A stretch of DNA of 63,699 nucleotides, the filler included, from Candidatus Fermentibacterota bacterium (GTDB lineage: Bacteria; JAFGKV01): the NCBI GenBank assembly GCA_016928395.1. It is 9 parts of 9 records of this genome, joined end to end, with 100 filler letters (N's around TTAATTAATTAA, not from the genome) between each part and the next. Parts side by side here need not be neighbours in the genome. Positions count along the whole stretch, not along the records: positions 57,719 to 60,723 come from JAFGKV010000258.1; positions 60,824 to 63,699 come from JAFGKV010000259.1; 7 more parts are not named here. One strand, given 5' to 3'. Made by a program: the position numbers and the translations under genes. The notes under the pieces were generated by a model. It saw nothing but the letters and a program-made list of their open reading frames with translations. It was not told the origin of the DNA and did no database searches. Positions 58,216 to 63,699 of the stretch are shown one piece after another; position 1 is the stretch's first letter; each line of letters opens with the position of its first letter.

Positions 58216-59067
58216 TTGTACGAAGTGGTTTCCAAGAAACGACTGGCGGACTCTGTAACTCTCTTGGAGATACAGTGTCCCGCGATCGCTGCCAAAGCGA
58301 AGGCAGGGCAGTTCGTAATCGTCAGACAGAAAGAGAACTCGGAACGGATACCGCTTACCCTTTCGGATTGGGATGCGGAATCCGGGACGATCACGTTGAT
58401 CTTTCAGCACGCCGGCAGGTCCACCCACGAGTTGGCGCTTGTCGAGGAGGGGGAGACCATCCGCGATGTAGTTGGTCCGCTTGGCCGCCCGACGGAGATC
58501 GAAAAGTACGGTACAGTCGTCTGCGTAGGTGGTGGCATCGGGCTTGCTGTTCTAAGACCGATCGCCCGCGCGATGAAAGAAGCTGGGAACACAGTCATCT
58601 CGATCATAGGTGCTCGCGACAAGTCCCTGCTAATCCTCAAGGACGAGATGCACTCAGCGAGCAGCGAACTCCACGTGACCACCGACAACGGTAGTTACGG
58701 GCGTCATGGCTTGGTGAGCGACGTGCTCGACGAGCTGATCGGTGAAGGACGTGCGATTGATCTGGTAGTCGCGATCGGGCCGGTCCCCATGATGCGGGGA
58801 ATATCCGACAAGACAAGACCGCATGGTCTCAAGACTGTCGTCAGCTTGGATTCCATCATGATCGATGGCACCGGCATGTGCGGGGGCTGTCGGGTCACGA
58901 TCGGAGGGGAGACGAAGTTCACCTGTGTTGATGGTCCAGATTTCGATGGGCATATGGTAGATTGGGACGAGTTGGTGACGCGCAAGAAGATGTACTCCGA
59001 GCATGAGAAGGAGTGCATGGCTTTGTTCCGGGCGGAATGTGGTGGAGGTGCTGGCGGCGATGAGTAA
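58216..59067 (+). CDS. NfnA/SudB-like FAD/NAD-binding 2Fe-2S subunit
   Basis: GQFVIVR..ERIPLT, GPLG, GGGIG and DGTGMCGGCRV...CVDGPDF. Confidence 0.92.
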   Translation: MYEVVSKKRLADSVTLLEIQCPAIAAKAKAGQFVIVRQKENSERIPLTLSDWDAESGTITLIFQHAGRSTHELALVEEGETIRDVVGPLGRPTEIEKYGTVVCVGGGIGLAVLRPIARAMKEAGNTVISIIGARDKSLLILKDEMHSASSELHVTTDNGSYGRHGLVSDVLDELIGEGRAIDLVVAIGPVPMMRGISDKTRPHGLKTVVSLDSIMIDGTGMCGGCRVTIGGETKFTCVDGPDFDGHMVDWDELVTRKKMYSEHEKECMALFRAECGGGAGGDE

Positions 59068-60526
59068 GGAGATCAGAGCGCGCGAGCCGATGCCGCGACA
59101 ATCCGCGGAAGAGAGACGAGGCAACTTTGACGAAGTTGCTTTGGGCTACAGCAAGGAGCAGGCCGTCCGAGAAGCACAGCGCTGTCTCCAGTGCAAGAAG
59201 AAGCCATGCGTATCCGGCTGCCCGGTAGAGATTGATATTCCTGAGTTCATTCGGCTGATCGCTGAAGAGAAGTTCGAAGAAGCGGCAAAGGAAATCAAGA
59301 AGACCAACGCCCTTCCTGCGATCTGCGGCAGGGTCTGCCCTCAGGAGGAGCAGTGCGAGCAAGTCTGCGTACTGGCGAAGCGGGGCCAGCCCATAGCAAT
59401 AGGAAGGCTCGAGCGGTTTGTGGCAGACTGGGAGGCGACGCACAGCGCCAACGCGGGCTTGTGCGATGTTACGACCTCGCCGCCGCCCAAGGCGAAGTTG
59501 GGACGGGTGGCCGTTGTCGGTTCCGGGCCCGCCGGTCTGACGGCTGCGGGTGAGTTGTCGTGTCTCGGTCACGAAGTCACGGTATTCGAAGCGCTTCACG
59601 ACCCGGGCGGCGTACTCGCTTACGGAATCCCGGAGTTCCGTCTGCCGCGTACCATATTGCATCGCGAGATCGAGTATGTGAAGTCGCTCGGTGTCAAGAT
59701 CGAAACCAACGCCATCATCGGCAAGCTCTACACCCTTCAGGAGTTGCTGAGCAACGGATATGATGCCATCTTCATCGGCACGGGTGCGGGTCTGCCGGTA
59801 TTTATGAACATCCCGGGCGAGAACCTGAATGGCATTTACAGCGCGAACGAGTTCCTGACGCGTGTCAACCTGATGAAGGCATACAAGTACCCCGAGTATC
59901 CTACGCCGGTAAGGGTCGGCAGGAAGGTGGCGGTTGTTGGCGCCGGCAACGTCGCGATGGACGCCGCCAGGTGCTCACTTCGACTGGGTGCTGACGAGGT
60001 GAGCATAGTGTACCGCAGATCCCGTAATGAGATGCCTGCTCGTGAGGAAGAGATCGAGAACGCCGAAGAAGAGGGCGTGAAGTTCCACTTGTTGACGGCT
60101 CCGATCCGTTTCATCGGAGACGATCAGGGGTTTGTGAACGCGATGGAGTGCATACGAATGGAACTGGGCGAACCCGACGACTCGGGCAGGAGGCGTCCTG
60201 TTCCTATGGCGGGCTCGGAGTTCATCATGGAAGTGGACACGGTGGTAGTCGCAATAGGCCAGAGCCCCAATCCTGTTGTCAGGCAGAGCGAGCCGGGCCT
60301 TGCGACTACCAAGTGGGGCGGCATCATAGTGGACGAGGAGACCGGCGCCACTTCCATCCCCGGGGTCTATGCAGGCGGGGATGCAGTCACTGGCGCGGCC
60401 ACCGTCATAACGGCAATGGGAGCCGGGCGGAGGGCGGCACACGCCATTGATAAGTACATCCGGGAGAAGCACGGTGCCTCCAGTGCCGCTTCTCCTGATG
60501 GCGAGGAGTGCCTGCTCCAGCGCTAA
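59060..60526 (+). CDS. NfnB/SudA-like (GltD-family, homotetrameric GltA-type) NADPH-dependent oxidoreductase
   Basis: RCLQCKKKPCVSGCP, CGRVCPQEEQCE, GSGPAG, GAGNVAMD and AGGDAVTG. Coupled to the NfnA-like gene. Confidence 0.92.
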   Translation: MSKEIRAREPMPRQSAEERRGNFDEVALGYSKEQAVREAQRCLQCKKKPCVSGCPVEIDIPEFIRLIAEEKFEEAAKEIKKTNALPAICGRVCPQEEQCEQVCVLAKRGQPIAIGRLERFVADWEATHSANAGLCDVTTSPPPKAKLGRVAVVGSGPAGLTAAGELSCLGHEVTVFEALHDPGGVLAYGIPEFRLPRTILHREIEYVKSLGVKIETNAIIGKLYTLQELLSNGYDAIFIGTGAGLPVFMNIPGENLNGIYSANEFLTRVNLMKAYKYPEYPTPVRVGRKVAVVGAGNVAMDAARCSLRLGADEVSIVYRRSRNEMPAREEEIENAEEEGVKFHLLTAPIRFIGDDQGFVNAMECIRMELGEPDDSGRRRPVPMAGSEFIMEVDTVVVAIGQSPNPVVRQSEPGLATTKWGGIIVDEETGATSIPGVYAGGDAVTGAATVITAMGAGRRAAHAIDKYIREKHGASSAASPDGEECLLQR

Positions 60527-60587
60527 CGCGTGCAGACGCAGGGCGCGTGAGGCGTAGAATGAACAGACGTACGGAGGCTTGACGGAT

Positions 60588-60723
60588 ATGGTGAAGCTGT
60601 TTGGTGGCGAGTATTCCAAAGCGGATCTGCTCGCAAGGGTAGGGGACATGTCGCAAGTCGCCGGTGTTCGGACGCACACCTTGGGCGATGGATCGGAGAG
60701 CGGTGTCCGAGCTGTGGATTTCC
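60588..60723 (+). CDS. DUF4432 / aldose-epimerase-like protein, N-terminal fragment
   Basis: LLARVGDMSQVAGVR...DGSESGVRAVDF. Confidence 0.65.
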
Positions 60724-60823
60724 NNNNNNNNNNNNNNNNNNNNNNNNNNNNNNNNNNNNNNNNNNNNTTAATTAATTAANNNNNNNNNNNNNNNNNNNNN
60801 NNNNNNNNNNNNNNNNNNNNNNN

Positions 60824-60950
60824 AGGGTTCAGGGTTCAGGGTTCAGGGTTCAGGATTCAGGATTCAGTCGGGCCTCCGAGAGTCAAGGCACTCAAGTCTT
60901 TCGGGGTTGAGAGGACGAAACATTGGAACATTGGAACATTGGAACGATGG
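60824..60950. repeat. Short tandem repeats (AGGGTTC)4(AGGATTC)2 and (AACATTGG)3
   Basis: Directly visible at the contig start. Confidence 0.85.
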
Positions 60951-61216
60951 GGATGGTTGGATGAATGGATGGAGCTTCTGAATCCTGAGTTCTGACTTCT
61001 GTGCACAGAGTCCCGGGCAGAGCTCTGCAAGGAACCGTTGCCTCGTAGGGGCGATCGTCCCTGGTCGCCCGCCGACGGCTCAGGGTCCGTGTCGGTGTCG
61101 TAATCGCAATTGTACTCGACGCGCCGGGAATCCAAGCTCGAGCACGAGTACCAGCTTTGCATGTTCTCTCACACAGGCCGGCCAACCGTGTCGTTCTCAT
61201 CCATCAATCCGGTCGT

Positions 61217-62650
61217 TCAATCCTGAATCTCCATCCGTGGCTGCGGTGCTGCATCCTCGAGAGCTCGCGATGATCCCCCTGCCACTTCCCCCAACGCTGC
61301 GGCCAGGTCCCGTTCTTCCTCGGGGAACACGGTTCGCACGTCGACGATCAGGCGGTCGTTGGTGATGCGCACGAACACGGAAGGCGAACCCTGCCGGAGG
61401 CGCCGGGCCGCCTCGGTCGCACCCAGGGGGCCGGGATCGACCTCGATCAGTGTGGTGGGCAGGTCCAGGACCGGGAATGCTCCGCTTCCGGCCCTGGAGG
61501 CCCCGGGTGAGACTCTGGTCTCGAGGTGATACCGGCGACGGAGTCTGAGGGCCAACCGCTTCGCCCGGGGCTGCAGGTCACTATTCTGGGCGGTGATCAT
61601 TCGCAAGGCCGGTATTCGGGATACTGCCTCCTGCGGGTCGAGCATCAGCCGTAGGGTGGCCTCCAAGGAGGCCAGCACCAGCTTGTCAACCCTGAGGGCC
61701 CGGGCCAAGGGATGGGACCGTATCCGCTCGATCAGGGCGCGGGAGCCGATGATGAGGCCGGCCTGCGGACCGCCCACCAGTTTGTCGCCGCTGAAGGTGA
61801 CCACATGGGCGCCCTGCTGGATTGAGAGCCCAGCCGGAGGTTCGCCCCCCAGTCCGTGGGCCGCAAAGTCGATGAGTGATCCGGAACCCATGTCGTGGAC
61901 GAGGATCAAGTCTCTGGTTGACGCCAGGGGCGAGAGTTCCTCCAGCGACACCGAACTGGTAAAACCCTGGATAGCATAGTTGGAGGTGTGCACCTTCATG
62001 ATGGCGACGGTCTGCTCAGTGATGGCAGCCTCGTAGTCGCGCAGATGGGTTCGATTGGTGCAGCCGACCTCCACCAGAACCGCGCCGCTTTGGGCCATGA
62101 CCTCGGGGATGCGGTATGAACCGCCGATTTCGACAAGCTCGCCCCGCGAGACGATGACCTCCCTGCCCTTGGCAATAGCAGCCAGGGTTACCAAAGTCGC
62201 CCCGGCATTGTTGTTCACGATGGTGGCGGCCTCACAGCCGGTCAGGTGACAGAGCAGGGATTCGGTGTGGGCCTCGCGCAGACTGCGCATGCCCTCGTCC
62301 AGATCAGCCTGCACATTGCAGAACCGGGCCGCAGCCACCAAGGCGGCTATTGCCTCGTCGGCCAGCGGCGCCCGCCCGAGCCCCGTGTGGAGCACGACTC
62401 CCGTGGCGTTGATGACCCGACGCAGGCCGGGGGCTAATGCTGCCGTCACATCCCCCGCGATCTGGGCCAGAGTCTCGGCCTTGCCCATCCGCTGCATCGC
62501 GCCTGCCATGATGCCGGCACGATGGGCCTCGATGACCTCCCTGGCGCGGAGGACAATCAACGCCCGAGATTCCGATGCCCGCAGGAGAACGGCTTCGACT
62601 ACGTCGTTCACCGAGGGAAGACTGGTGAGGGTATTCTTCATCTCGTGCAC
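61217..62650 (-). CDS. selA: L-seryl-tRNA(Sec) selenium transferase
   Basis: VINATGVVLHTGLGRA, VNNNAGA, SRGELVEIGGSYR, KVHTSNY and FSGDKLVGGPQAG. GTG start after AGGAGG. Confidence 0.96.
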   Translation of the reverse strand: MHEMKNTLTSLPSVNDVVEAVLLRASESRALIVLRAREVIEAHRAGIMAGAMQRMGKAETLAQIAGDVTAALAPGLRRVINATGVVLHTGLGRAPLADEAIAALVAAARFCNVQADLDEGMRSLREAHTESLLCHLTGCEAATIVNNNAGATLVTLAAIAKGREVIVSRGELVEIGGSYRIPEVMAQSGAVLVEVGCTNRTHLRDYEAAITEQTVAIMKVHTSNYAIQGFTSSVSLEELSPLASTRDLILVHDMGSGSLIDFAAHGLGGEPPAGLSIQQGAHVVTFSGDKLVGGPQAGLIIGSRALIERIRSHPLARALRVDKLVLASLEATLRLMLDPQEAVSRIPALRMITAQNSDLQPRAKRLALRLRRRYHLETRVSPGASRAGSGAFPVLDLPTTLIEVDPGPLGATEAARRLRQGSPSVFVRITNDRLIVDVRTVFPEEERDLAAALGEVAGGSSRALEDAAPQPRMEIQD

Positions 62651-63009
62651 GGCACCTCCTTCATGCGAGATCACACAAGTAGCATGTCGAGCGAGGAAGG
62701 TCAAAGGAGAGGACCCGACCGAGGTGTCGTCGACAGGTCACGGTTGGGGATTCACAGTCATCTGCTTTCGCGAACGGTGGGGTGTGACCGGCCTATGACA
62801 TGAGGCAAGACTCATCAGTCGCCGGGAATGCTCCCAGCGGAGTATCTGAACCAAGGCTCAATTCGACAACCGGTTGCGCGGTCTCAGCCATGGGTGCGAG
62901 ACTCCTTCTCCATTCCAGTGGATACGGATGGATCCGAAGACGGAAACGTGGTTTATATTGTATGAAGACGCGGCCAAGAGGCCGACATCTGCGAGAAGAG
63001 AGGTGTGGA

Positions 63010-63246
63010 GTGCCCATCTACGAATATGCCTGCCGTGCCTGCGGCCATGAGTTTGAGAAGCTCCTGTTGCGGTCCTCTCAGGTTGTTGCCTGCCCGGCCT
63101 GCGAGGGCGTTGAATTGGAGAAGAAGGTCTCCTGCTTCGGGTTCGCCTCAAAAGGAAGAGCATCGTCCATGGCGGCCGCCACGAAGGATTCCAGCACGTC
63201 AAGCTGTGCTGGTTGCTCCGGCACTCACTGCTCGACCTGCCATTAG
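63010..63246 (+). CDS. FmdB-family zinc-ribbon protein
   Basis: (M)PIYEYACRACGHEFE...CPAC...CAGCSGTHCSTCH. Confidence 0.88.
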   Translation: MPIYEYACRACGHEFEKLLLRSSQVVACPACEGVELEKKVSCFGFASKGRASSMAAATKDSSTSSCAGCSGTHCSTCH

Positions 63247-63699
63247 CCGTCGCTTCGGCAATCGGCAGTCCGGGCTGAACCCCGAATCCTACGCTGTAAC
63301 TTCACAGGGGAGCAGAGGTTCCTCCGCAGAGCATGAGAACGAGCGGGAGGAATGAGGAGCACGAATGTCATCACCCGGCTTGGCCGGGTGATCCAGTAAC
63401 GTAATAACCCAACAGGGAATACTCCGTGGTTGGAGCCTCGCATCACGCGCGAACGGTGGGGCTGGATTTTCGGTCTGTCTCCGTTGGAGCGGTGTACACC
63501 GCGACAGTTTCTCGTAGCGCTGGGCGGGCCTGATAGCTGAGGGCCGATAGCCGACAGCCAACTGCCGGCCCTACTCTCAACCCCGAAACATCTCAGCGCG
63601 CCCGCGCCCTCAGAGGCCCGACTTGTTTGAGAGAACATGGGAAGGCTCGTATTCGTATTCGTACTCGAATGCCCAGCTTGTCGATTCCGATGGCAATGC

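Noticed and set aside
62651-63009. tRNA-Sec or a selenoprotein near selA
   Set aside because: No cloverleaf with a TCA anticodon and no convincing in-frame TGA ORF were found.

Overview
This GC-rich bacterial window is not one locus. It is nine contigs joined by artificial 100-nt linkers (N44-TTAATTAATTAA-N44) at 2687, 6908, 35521, 40828, 43555, 53290, 57619 and 60724, so synteny is only valid within a contig. Most contigs look like an FCB-group-like organism: they carry a PorV-like gene and several secreted proteins with FlgD-Ig/T9SS-type C-terminal domains (the taxonomy is inference). The largest contig (7008-35520) has a housekeeping run (deoB fusion, pdp, rodZ, uvrB, miaA, glycosyltransferases, tRNA-Val, tRNA-Asp). 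This is followed by an accessory region with three toxin-antitoxin pairs and REP-like palindromes. The strongest signal is at its end: a diversity-generating retroelement (DGR) truncated by the contig break. It consists of a lipoprotein target with an FGE-type C-type-lectin domain, a 3' variable region whose variable codons all look AAC-derived, GC-rich hairpins, an HRDC accessory gene, and the 5' end of an avd-like gene that is missing from the ORF track. The template repeat and reverse transcriptase are not in the window. The second highlight is an apparent three-way fusion of phosphopentomutase, an MshEN/GspE-N-like domain and cytidine deaminase. Other contigs carry eno, selA, nfnAB-like genes, a GH38 hydrolase, C1 and C25 peptidases, and a repeat-flanked DUF559 nuclease.
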